Source: Haliotis cracherodii
Lineage: Eukaryota
Direction of reading: 5' to 3'
Assembly (NCBI RefSeq): GCF_022045235.1
Contig: NW_027266268.1
Span: 40,362,001 to 40,426,000, forward strand
DNA length: 64,000 bases
This document shows, one piece after another, positions 11,626 to 22,841 of the stretch. Made by a program: the position numbers and the translations under genes. Numbering within the stretch: the first letter of the stretch is position 1; every line of letters begins with the position of its first letter. Under the pieces are notes generated by a model, which worked only from the letters and a program-made list of their open reading frames with translations, ran no database searches and was not told the origin of the DNA.

Positions 11626-14600
11626 TAATGAGACACCAACTTGAATGTTGAACTGAGGATCGATGTAGAGATCTCTTTCTATTCAATCGATGGGATAATC
11701 ATGGTATTCGTCAAGAAAGACTTATTTATATTCGATACATAATTCTTGCATAATAATTCTACCAAATTGGCCCAAATTAGTGTCGACTAAACCCAAATGA
11801 CGTCATCGGCTGTTTTGTTTTTCGTAACACTTAGGGCCCACGTCGTCGTATTGTTCCTTCGCCGTGACAAGTGCCGATACATGATGTTTTCACCCTGAAT
11901 AGTGAGGATACCACCAGTGTAGCCTGATTAATTCACAGATCTGGAATATCTGACTGTCAGTTATATCATAAAATAGAATATCTCGCTGGCATTTAAGTTC
12001 ATATTGAAGGATATTTGTCTTTTCTCAACGAATACCGTGTTTATCTCATGTAGTCAAGCAGATAAGTTTATAGATATTTACCCAGTAGACCGAGTAGTAG
12101 TATATTGCAGACTGAATTATAAAAATGGTGTAATACCATCACGGAGAAACATTACAATATCAATATGTAATCTGATACTCGCGTAACATTACAGCAAACA
12201 GCAATGCTTACTTTAACTAATCTGATTTTCAACTGCAACTAAGTTTGAGAAAACAGAGGATATTTTTCCTTTTCTTTTCAAACCCGGGCTATTGTCTTTA
12301 AATGATTTTTTTACGTCTACAGATGATTTGTTGTAAATACATTTCCGAATTAAGTGCATAACCGATATGTTGCAGCTTCCCACTTGCAATACTTTCAAAA
12401 TGTCACCTTGCAAATATTATAAGGTGTTCAGGAGTCAAACCATTCATCTCCGGGTTACATTTGGGAGTCTTTGACAATCAGTGCACTATGTAAAGAACAT
12501 GGTCGAGCAAATTTAATTGAAATCCAATGCAAGATTATCGATATAAGGCAACTTTCTGACAAATGTTATTCAGACATGGGGAGCAAAATATGCAACATTT
12601 AATGTAACATGCGGGAGTTTAGTTAATGTGAGCTACAAATGACTTCTTGTTAACGGAACATTATCTGACAACCTTAAATGTTTGATCATGTGTTTTTTTC
12701 TGTAGAACCATACATATTTTAGTGTAAAATATGGTACCCCTGCATTCATAGCCCTAGTTCTGAACATTATGTGCAAATTGTGTTATTATGTATGTTTATC
12801 AGTGGTAATGTATATTACTTATTCACGAATTATTTGTTTCAACAATGCTATTACCGCTAACACTTTTAATTTCTAAAATAGTCGGGTACTTAACTAAGTT
12901 CTTTGTGCATATATTTCATCGATTGAAGCTGAAAGGAAGCAACGATTATCATGTTGGGAGTGTAAATAAATTCCATTGTGGTTTGCACTGCTTGTTCAAC
13001 TTCTATAAGTTTTCTGTTATAATTATGTTTTCCACTGCATGGGTCAAAGAAGAAACTGTTGGGCCACAACAAATCCAATAATTGTTCCTCACCGCATTGA
13101 CCGATCATCAGATCACCTTTCGGCCATTTTTGGCAGTCAGATGTATAAAATAATAAAACATAATATAAGATGCGGCGTATCCGACGAACAAGCAGTGAAT
13201 ATAATTGTTGTTGCCTGATCATGACTTCACTGGGGGTAAGCGAGTCTGAAAAACAGGTCGGTAGACACGGGTGTGTGGACGGTTGTCAACTAAAGTGGAG
13301 GTGACAACAGAAAAGGTATCCCGAATTCGTTTTACGAAAGACAACCATTGATGACCAAGTGTCGTTATTTACATAAACCCATTATTCAATCTCTCGATGT
13401 ATTCACATTTATCATCATCAAGATTTTGGCGAATTCCAAGACGAATACCGGAAATATTTTCCCAAAATAATTCGAATACACTAATGATCTTCAAGCTTTA
13501 AACAATATAAATGATGAAAGATTGCAAAATTGTGATGTCAGCTAACAGGCAGTTTGGTTATTACAGTTTGTCGTTGAAACTGAAAGTGAATGGTTGGTTG
13601 CATCCGCTAAGTATGGCAGGTTAAAATAGCAGAATTCAACAACAAACAATACACCATAACAAGTATCAGCTGACTACCAGTCAGTCACCCTGCACACTCA
13701 AGTAGCCCTAAAAACGTTCCATTACTTTTCGTATATGGATTTTATTAGCACGGAATGTTACTATTATCAGTATAAAACAATTGACTCTGTAAAAGTCATT
13801 TGTTAATCCTCGAAACTAACGCTGAATTTTTGCAAATAGTTCAGCTGTGAAAATTCTGTCGAAATGTCGTCATAATAAACAACATATAACTTAATATATC
13901 ATATCAGTTGACAATCAACCAAAAACCTGTGTCTACCAACCAACATAAAGTTTTTTAGAGATATACAGACACGCTTGCTTACAGTGACAAACACGCTTAC
14001 TTCCAGCATAGGCGCAGGAAGCACTTGTTGAATTATATGTTGTATGCAGTTTGAAGACGTGTGAATGATTTACTGAAGTACTTGGGGAGTTTCTTCAGCT
14101 TGTCATAAACAAATATTTTAAAAGATTGTTGATTGTGTATACGTGTTTGGATTAACGCAATTACAAAATACTCATTGAACCATTTCAACGAATCACTTCT
14201 TACATATTCATAACAATTAATTCCTTAGTTAATATATGTCTTGTGTGATTTTTATTTTTCTTAATTTTGTTAATATATACTATGGCAGTCGTCTTAAACT
14301 GACAGTTTTTCTCCGTCAGAACATGATGACATGGTAAGCTCGTTAGTTGAGATGTAATAGTGCACCAGTGTGTTGACCGAAATCTTGTGTAAATCAGTAT
14401 GAATAAGAAATAATATGAAAAGATTGTACACCCACACCAACTCAAAGACAGCAAACCTTTTACATACATATCTTATCGTTTGGGACACAATTCTAGTTAC
14501 ACCCCCTACCCCCATGGGCACCCACCCTCGTTACCAAAAAATATGATAGGATCCCCCACCCCCAGTAACAAACATCTTCATTTGACAAAAAGTATGTGAC

Positions 14601-15069
14601 AAATAGTGACAAAACGGACCTAAAATATTCATATACATGCAAATGCGTCTGTTCTTAACCCCTGCCATTTATAGATTCAACGGAAGCAACATTACATGTG
14701 TTTTAAACCAAAAAATAACATTAATCATTTTAACACCAAAGATGGACAAAATGTTTGACTGATCGTAATTTGCATGCGAAAATATCGCATTTTGATTTAA
14801 TAGGACACCAATATGTAAAAAATTCAATTGTGAACAATATTAAAAATTTGTATTTTCGGAACTTTAAACCAATAATCAGTCATCACATATATGAATACAT
14901 AAACCGTTCTTATTAGAATTGAATAGGGCAACTCTGATATGTTATTTAGGTATTTATTTCTTAGCATACGTACACAGTATTGTAGGTTATTGTCATCAGG
15001 GGATCGCTACTGATGTGTTGATCTGTGAGATACTAGGCCTATAAACCGAAAACATATATATATATATCG

Positions 15070-15250
15070 TGTGCTGTTATTCCCACGATGTCGTGCATAT
15101 TATGGTTAAAGTTCTGTAATTTACACGATGTCGTGCAAATTGTGATACATTGTCTGTTATTTACACGATATCGTGCAAATTGTGATACATTGTCTGTTAT
15201 TTACACGATATCGTATACATTGTGGAATATGTACTCTTTATGTACACGAT
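15070..15250. repeat. ~40-bp tandem repeat, 4-5 copies
   Basis: tgtgatacattgtctgttatttacacgatatcgtgcaaat units. Confidence 0.8.
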
Positions 15251-15310
15251 AGACCTGTTACATGGGCTGCCAAGTAACAAACGTTTTGATTAGCTGAGCA
15301 ATTTTAAGCG

Positions 15311-15370
15311 ACCAATCAGATTCATTGTAAGCATCAACCACAGAATCGCCGACTACGCGTGCAGGTAAAC
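15311..15370 (+). promoter_or_regulatory. Candidate CCAAT box and non-coding first-exon donor for the cupin gene
   Basis: accaatcag at 15311 followed by gcag|gtaaac at 15364/15365; acceptor-like ttctgttgag just upstream of ATG 16246. Unverified. Confidence 0.25.
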
Positions 15371-15907
15371 AGCATACCCTCATTGTCGAGGGTTTAACTG
15401 TTTTTTGTGCATGACAAGAGCTGTAATAAGGTTTCTAGCAGCCGGATAATTTTATGTGAATTACAATGAAATGGGAACATTGGTGTTACTCTAAATAATT
15501 CATTTTGAGGTATTAAAACACTGACCTAAATAGGTATAGCCAAGAATGGGTAGTCATATATCGACCTAACCTGATTGAAGAGCGACAATCAATTCATGGA
15601 GTAAAACTTTTTCAGCTTGACAAGGTTTTTTCTGACCTTGTCAAGGTGCTGGACACACAGTTAATTCCCTCGGGGCAGATAATTCATCATTCTCCGTTGT
15701 TCTGAACTAGGGTCTTCTCTAAAGGGGTCATGTGATAAGTGTGCGACACTGACCTAAATAAATTATTTACAGCTAGGTCCCTGGTGCAAAAGTGTTGAAA
15801 AAAGTCGAGAGAGGTCGGAGAAATGGGTGTTAAGATAATGAGTCTGCAACCGTTTGGAAATAACAAACCATAAGACCATATATAATTTTTGAAATTTATC
15901 ATATTTT

Positions 15908-16105
15908 TTGTTTGTTTAACGCCACACTCAGCAATATTCCAGCTATATGACGGCGGTCTGTACCAGACAATCCAGTGATTAACATCATGAGCAGTGATCC
16001 TCGCAATTGGGATATTATGACATGCATCAACCAGAGACCAATGGTCTCTGCATCGACCAAGTCAGCGAGTCTGACCACCCGATCCTGTTAGTTGCCTCTT
16101 ACGAC
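15908..16105 (-). mobile_element. SINE-like family B copy, 5' truncated
   Basis: Same consensus; carries a small palindromic insertion at 16032-16050. Confidence 0.8.
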
Positions 16106-16245
16106 TTATTAAGGTTTAATTTATACAGGAAAAACAAATTAGTATGGATTGGTTGATAAAATTGTGATTTGTAACCTGACATTAGATATAAACTGGACCC
16201 ATGGATTGCAATGGATTCTTTTCTGTTGAGGTCAGCAATTTCAAG

Positions 16246-19200
16246 ATGAGTGATCCCGAGATCAAGCAGCTGACTGACCAGTTAAACCTGATCCCGCACC
16301 CCGAGGGGGGAGCGTTCCGGGAGATGTGGAGAGGGGAAAGAATGGTCACTTTCACAGAGGAAACAGCGTAAGTTTATTGTGGAACAGATGTAGAACTTTA
16401 AGATAATTAAGTTGCATACAGGAAAGTATGTAGATAGTTGTCGGTAAACAGTGTCGAGTGGATGTTGTTGGCAGAGTATACAGAGATAGCTATGAGGAAA
16501 CAGTATATGGTGTATGTTTGTGGTGGAGTAGATGGAGATAATAGTCAGGAACTAGTGTATTGTGTCTGTGGAGTATATTGAAATATTGTCAGGAACAAGC
16601 GTATTGTGTAAATTGTCGTTGGAGTATATGGAGATAGTTGTCGGGAACTAGCGCATTGTGTAAATTGTCAGGGAATATATGGAGATAGTTGTCAGGAACT
16701 AGTGTATTGTGTCTGTGGAGTATATTGAAATAGATGTCGGGAACAAGCGTATGGTGTAAATTGTCGATGGAGTATATGGAGATAGTTGTCGGGAACTAGC
16801 GTATTGTGTAAATTGTCAGGGAATATATGGAGATAGTTGTCAGGAACTAGTGTATTGTGTAGGTGGAGTAGATTGAAATAGATGTCAGGAACTAGTGTAT
16901 TGTGTAAATTGTCGGGGAATATATGGAGATAGTTGTCAGGAACTAGTTTATTGTGTTGGTGGAGTATATGGAGATAGTTGTTGGGAACTAGCGCATTGTG
17001 TAAATTGTCGGGGAATATATGGAGATAGTTGTCAGGAACTAGTGTATCGTGTTTGTGGAGTATATGGAGATAGTTGTCGGGAACTAGCATATTGTGTAAA
17101 TTGTCGGTTGAGTATATGATACATATGTGAGAACAGTTGAAAATGACCAAATGTTCCGCAGTCATGGCGGCCCTCGTAATGTCGGCACCAACATCTACTA
17201 CATGCTGAAAGCCCCCAACTTCATCTCCTGGCACAAGGTGCTGTCAGACGAGTTCTTCTACTGGCATGCAGGGGGCACCGCCAAGGTAAAGTACATCATG
17301 TCCTCTTTTCACTCACTTGTGAAACGGCCAAAGTAAGCTGCATGTCCTCTTTTCATTCACTTGTGGAACGGCCAAGGGAAACTGCATGTCCTCTTTTCAC
17401 TCACTTGTGGAACGGCCATGGTAAACTGCATGTCCTCTTTTCACTCACTTGTATTGAATGGCAAGGTAAACTGCATGTCCTCTTTTCACTCACTTGTATT
17501 GAACAGCCAAGGTAAACTGCATGTCCTCTTTTCACTCACGTGTATTGAACGGCCAAGGTAAACTGCATGTCCTCTTTTCACTCACGTGTATTGAATGGCC
17601 AAGGTCAACTGCATGTTCCTCTTTTCACTCACTTGTATTGAATGGCCAAGGTAAACTGCACCTCCTCTTTTCACTCACTTGTATTGAATGGCCAAGGTAA
17701 ACTGCATGTCCTCTTTTCACTCACGTGTATTGAATGGCCAAGGTCAACTGCATGTTCCTCTTTTCACTCACTTGTATTGAATGGCCAAGGTAAACTGCAT
17801 GTCCTCTTTTCACTCACGTGTATTGAATGGCCAAGGTCAACTGCATGTCCTCTTTTCACTCACGTGTATTGAATGGCCAAGGTAAACTGCACCTCCTCTT
17901 TTCACTCACTTGTATTGAACGGCCAAGGTAAACTGCATGTCCTCTTTTCACTCACGTGTATTGAATGGCCAAGGTAAACTGCATGTCCTCTTTTCACTCA
18001 CGTGTATTGAACGGCCAAGGTCAACTGCATGTCCTCTTTTCACTCACGTGTATTGAACGGCCAAGGTCAACTGCATGTCCTCTTTTCACTCACTTGTGGA
18101 ACGGCCAAGGTAAACAGACATTTAAACTTGGGCCCAAGGAAAAGAAAAATTAAATTTATTCATAAGAAAATAAAACTGAATGAAAAGGTTGCTTTTTGAC
18201 TGGAAAGTCAAAGGGTAAAAATAAAAGTCCTTAATTACTCGTATATAGGCTTATAGAATTGGTTGGAATAATGAAAGATGGTTTTCCAAAATTAGTTTTT
18301 TATTTGGCATACCAGTATGTGAAATACTGTTTCAGAGAATCTGTTTTCAAGTGATTTTAATTTGTGAAACCAGCAAAAGCTGTGTGCCTACTGTCCAGTT
18401 CTTATTTTCATAATTTTAGGGGTATTTAAACGGTATATTGTGAGGGTGTATTTTGACATTGTATTGAATGCATTCATGTAAAATTAAGTATTAAAGCCTC
18501 TTCCTCTATATATGTTGGGGCCCAGGTGGCCCAGTCGTCTAAGGCGCCGCAATTCGCTGTGCAGAGTTGCGTACCTTCGGCATGCAGTAACCTATGATTG
18601 GGGTTCTGATCCCGGTTCGCTCCGATTATGTTTCTAGGTTTGTCAGCACCATACCTGTGCTCATTGGTTTCACCAAAGTGGTAAACGTCGGGCACTTCAG
18701 GCTTTCCTCCCACATTAACCTGACACGCCGTGACATAACTGGAATATTGTTCAAAGTGGCGTTAAACCCAACTCGCTCACTCCCACTCTTTATATGTCCT
18801 TTTGAGTACAACCAAGCCATCACATTTGTTAGAACTATATTAATATGAGGAAGAGAATTTATGGATGTCAACTTCTTTATGATGAGGAACACAACGTTTT
18901 CGGGGTACATGCTAACTCCTTCATCAGGTGAATGATATAGGAGTAAGCATCCATAAATTCTCTTCTTTAAGTGTATCACTTCTAAATGCCTTTCAAAGAT
19001 ATATTAATATGGAGTAGGATATTTTTACTGACATTTGCTACAGACAGATTATCGGCCTCTGTCCAGGTCTAGATAAATCCCAGCATTTGCATGAATACCC
19101 CTTGAACTAACACCCTAGTGACGTCCTGCTGACATGTCTGTTGAAGGTGCACTTCCTGGACAAGGATGGCAAGCACAGCTCTGTGCTGCTCGGCGATGTA

Positions 19201-19778
19201 TTGAAGAACCCAGAGTGCGCCTACCAAGTTCTGGTCCCCCACGAGATGTGGTATGCCTGTGAGCTGGTGGACCGCGAGTATGTCTTGTACAGCGCCACTG
19301 TCATGCCAGGTACGTGACGTCATTGTGTCATGCCACAGCACTGTCATGTTGGGTTACGTCACTGCACTATGACGTCATTGTGTCATCAAACTCAGTTATG
19401 CCAATTGTACTCCAGACATTGTCATTGTTTTCATATTTTCAAGTCAATTTTCCCTACTTAAGACAGATATATACCAATATATTCTAGGTTGCCCCAAGTG
19501 TATTTATTGCATGATGGCCTATTTATTTTTTTGTATGTTGTCATCGGGAAAGTTACAGTTTGAAATGTGTGGTGGGTACCTGGAATGCGTGACATGATGC
19601 AGTCACTCACTCATGCACTCACAAACAATAGCGTATAAACACATTGAATGACATCTGGCACTGTTAATGTTGTGTTGCAGGATTCGAGTTCAAGGACTGG
19701 TTAGAAGGGAAAAGGTCTGAGATGATTCAACAGTTTCCGCAGCATGAAGACCTGATCACCCGACTCACTAAACACTGA
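16246..19778 (+). CDS. Cupin_5 / DUF985 family protein (yeast YML079W/Cff1-like), 168 aa, 4 coding exons
   Basis: Exons 16246-16367, 17162-17285, 19147-19309, 19681-19778; all introns GT-AG, 507 nt in frame. Family motifs: LNLIPHPEGGAFRE, TNIYYML, SWHKVLSDEFFYWHAG, YQVLVP, YSATVMPGFEFKDW. Confidence 0.92.
16400..17125. repeat. ~50-bp minisatellite filling cupin intron 1
   Basis: Alternating units ggagtatatggagatagttgtcaggaactagtgtattgtgt(aaattgtc) occupy nearly all of intron 16368-17161. Confidence 0.9.
17280..18115. repeat. ~50-bp minisatellite amplifying the cupin exon-2 donor
   Basis: About 16 units gccaag|gtaaactgcatgtcctcttttcactcacttgtattgaatg; the first copy is the true donor at 17285/17286. 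Confidence 0.95.
18515..18786 (+). mobile_element. tRNA-derived SINE family C, full copy
   Basis: Head ggtggcccagtcgtctaaggcgcc (tRNA-Leu/Ser-like A-box), body ggtttcaccaaagtggtaaacgtc..ctttcctcccacatt, shared tail ctggaatattg..ggcgttaaaccc. Confidence 0.85.
18848..18968 (-). mobile_element. Penelope-like terminal remnant with a hammerhead-ribozyme-like core
   Basis: Minus strand CTGATGA-aggagttagcatgtacccc-GAAA-acgttg; inverted duplication gaagagaatttatggatg / catccataaattctcttc. Related copies near 30675-30765 and 55135-55725. Confidence 0.6.
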
Positions 19779-20178
19779 TTCAACAGTTCCCGCAGCATGA
19801 AGACCTGATCACCCGACTCACTAAACACTGATTCAACAGTCCCCGCAGCATGACGATTTGATCACTCGACTCCTTAAACACTAAATCAAGAGTTTCCGCA
19901 GCATGAAGACCTGATCACCCGACTCACTAAACACTGATTCAACAGTTCCCGCAGCATGAAGACCTGATCACCCGACTCACTAAACACTGATTCAACAGTC
20001 CCCGCAGCATGACGATTTGATCACTTGACTCCTTAAACACTAAATCAACAGTTTCCACAGCATGAAGACCTGATCACCCGACTCACTAAACACTGATTCA
20101 ACAGTTTCCACAGCATGACAACTTAATCACCCGACTCACTAAACACTGATTCAACAGTGCCCGCAGAATGAAGACCTG
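19724..20178. repeat. 53-bp minisatellite made from the last codons and stop of the cupin gene, with a 159-bp higher-order unit
   Basis: gattcaacagtttccgcagcatgaagacctgatcacccgactcactaaacact x~8.5; the variant catgacgatttgatcac recurs 159 bp apart. Confidence 0.95.
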
Positions 20179-22841
20179 AGCTGTGATCTAATAATTAAGT
20201 GCCGCCTCAGCAACTATTAGATCAACCCGTAGATAATCTTGATAAGCAACCCCTACTAAGACTGAACATTTACATGACAGTTTCATTATCGTGTGAACCC
20301 TGGCAACAAATTGACCTTCATGTGTATGGTTGTAATAAGCACCCCTTTGTCAACCCCCGGAGCACCAGGGTGCTTATTAGGTAGACTACAGTATACAGGA
20401 TGTGACATGGCATGTGCTGTATCTCACGCCATACACTCAACACGCTCTACTTACACAGGGATTCTTCACAACACTTCATTGTTTGTCCTCAGCGTCTCAA
20501 CTAAAGTTTACTCCCAACACCCAGGCAGGACAGTGACTCCCAAAGGTAACTAGTCTGTCTTGTAGTTGCAGGCCCCAATTTGTAACCACATGCTAGGGGA
20601 GATAATCATTCTGATTGTTGTCAGATTGACTTCACTCTGTGTCTTTGCCATTTACAGCTGTATAATCACAAGGTGTCTGGTGTACTATTTTCCATGACTC
20701 TGATTGGCTGTCATGGCATCAAAATTGAATTTTATTTTTCGTTAACTGCAGAAAAACGAAGAGTGACGGAAATAATTTTCAGAGCTGTGTTTTACGTCAT
20801 TTTGTACCATTTGTGATTGTTATTCTACAATGAAAGCAAATAAATGCACCCTATGATGGGTCGTAGCATGCTGAGTTCAAGATTAAAGGGTCCAAGCGAT
20901 TTGTGCATGGGTATTCGCAGGCGTTTGCCACTGAAGTGGTCCATCAGTGTTTACGTCATTTCAAGAATACAGTCTTGTGAACAACGTATGAACGTCTAAA
21001 TGTGTCATTCGTACACTTGAATATGAACGTCAGTTTCACGGTCATGTGAACTTCACAATAAAAAATTATAGATTATTGAACGAGGTCAGAACATAGTGCT
21101 GAAAGGTGTTCCTGTTTTCAGGGTATACTTGTGATGTGTATTGTGACTGATGTATGTGTTCACTTACAGAATATTCTGTGATTTTTAATGTGCCATACAT
21201 ATAACATGAATTTTTATTCATCAAATTTAGAATATATATGTATTGCGATACTGTCAAGTACTATACTAATATATACATTACCTATTTTCAGAATAAACTA
21301 TTACCAAATGTTATTGTTGTTCATATCTTGCTGTATAATCAATACATAATTATCACAATGTGGCCACCACTGATCTGTCTACCAGCAGACATCATTATTT
21401 TGAGAAATATGACATTTTGGATAACGAGTTATCTGGTCCTTAACCTTGAACCGATGGACACCCTATATAGTGCTACATGTATCGTATCTGACTCAATACC
21501 AAAATCTTCAAAACATGAAACATGTTAAAAAACAACAAGAGATAAAAATGAAATATATACAGATTTATTCATAAACAGATCTAGATTCACTACAACAAAT
21601 AGCCTCTGTACATTTATAGAGCAGCCTGGCGTATAAAACCATGGTGATTCACAGTGGCGTCGCTGACAACCCGGAGTGTGACAAGAAGGATATCAAAACC
21701 AGTAAATGAGACAGTGTACACCTGTGCCCGACCACGATAAACATTTCACAAATTATGAATATAGATGTGACTGGAACAACATGACAATCTTGACAAACAG
21801 GTTAAGATTGATATAAAAAAGCATTTCTTTAAATATCACAGTAAAATAATCTACCTCTGAGAGTCCCTATAAGGTCTTGAGACATTGGAAAAAGAGTTCA
21901 GTTAAAAAATTTGATTGGAATGAGATCATGATCACCATGGTTACGTAAAGCTAGGGTGGAACACATTGTACCGATAGATCCAACTTTCCTGATGTTTCTA
22001 CAAGGTATTTCTAATATACAACTGTGTGAAAAGGGTGGCTATTGTTTACGACTAGCGTTGTCACGATACCTGCAGATTTGACGACATGGGAGACAGATTG
22101 AGTTTACCCACTGCTGACAGACTTTGATGAAGTGTAGGATGAAGATAAGGATGAGGTATTTACAGATGAAGGTTGTGTGTTGCAGGCTAACCAATCAGCA
22201 CGGCCTGGGGATGTGTCTGTGTCAGATTATCCTGCTACAGGAAATATTCTAGACGAAAATATCAAATACCTTATGCTGGCCAGCTTGACAGATGACAAGG
22301 AAGCTGGGAGACACTAACAAGATCTTTGTGAAACTGTAACAATGTCTCTGTGTAACTGCGATTATCTTAGTGTAAAGTGTAACAGTGTCTTGGTGTAACA
22401 GTTTAAGTTTAACAATCAAACCTGTCATCGGTTATACAATTCCAAACTGTATTGTCTTTTAAAAAACATATCGGGCTTATACAAAAAAAAAATTGGAGAC
22501 ATGTTGAATCGAAAACGAAACATCAACATGTCTTTGTATTATCATTAAAACACATGAACATACTTCAACAAAGCACATGTGACTTAAACCACACTTATAT
22601 ACCTTGGACTGTTAGAAATCCTAAACATACTGACAAACATGCAATGCTTAGTGAAAGCACCGAGACATCTTGAAACACGTAACAAAATAAATAGTATGTA
22701 GAACTCAACAAACAATCCCAGCTGAAATGGCCACATGTAATATCCGGCGCCACACAGAATACTGATGGGCATGTATGAAACATCACAAGTAACTGACGCA
22801 GTCCATGCTATATCACAAAATATACAACGTCTCCAGATTGT

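Noticed and set aside
16692-18153. Repetitive ORFs around cupin exon 2
   Set aside because: Intronic minisatellite translations; only 17162-17285 is coding.
16246-19778. Bacterial contamination as the source of the cupin gene
   Set aside because: It has three GT-AG introns containing host SINEs and repeats.
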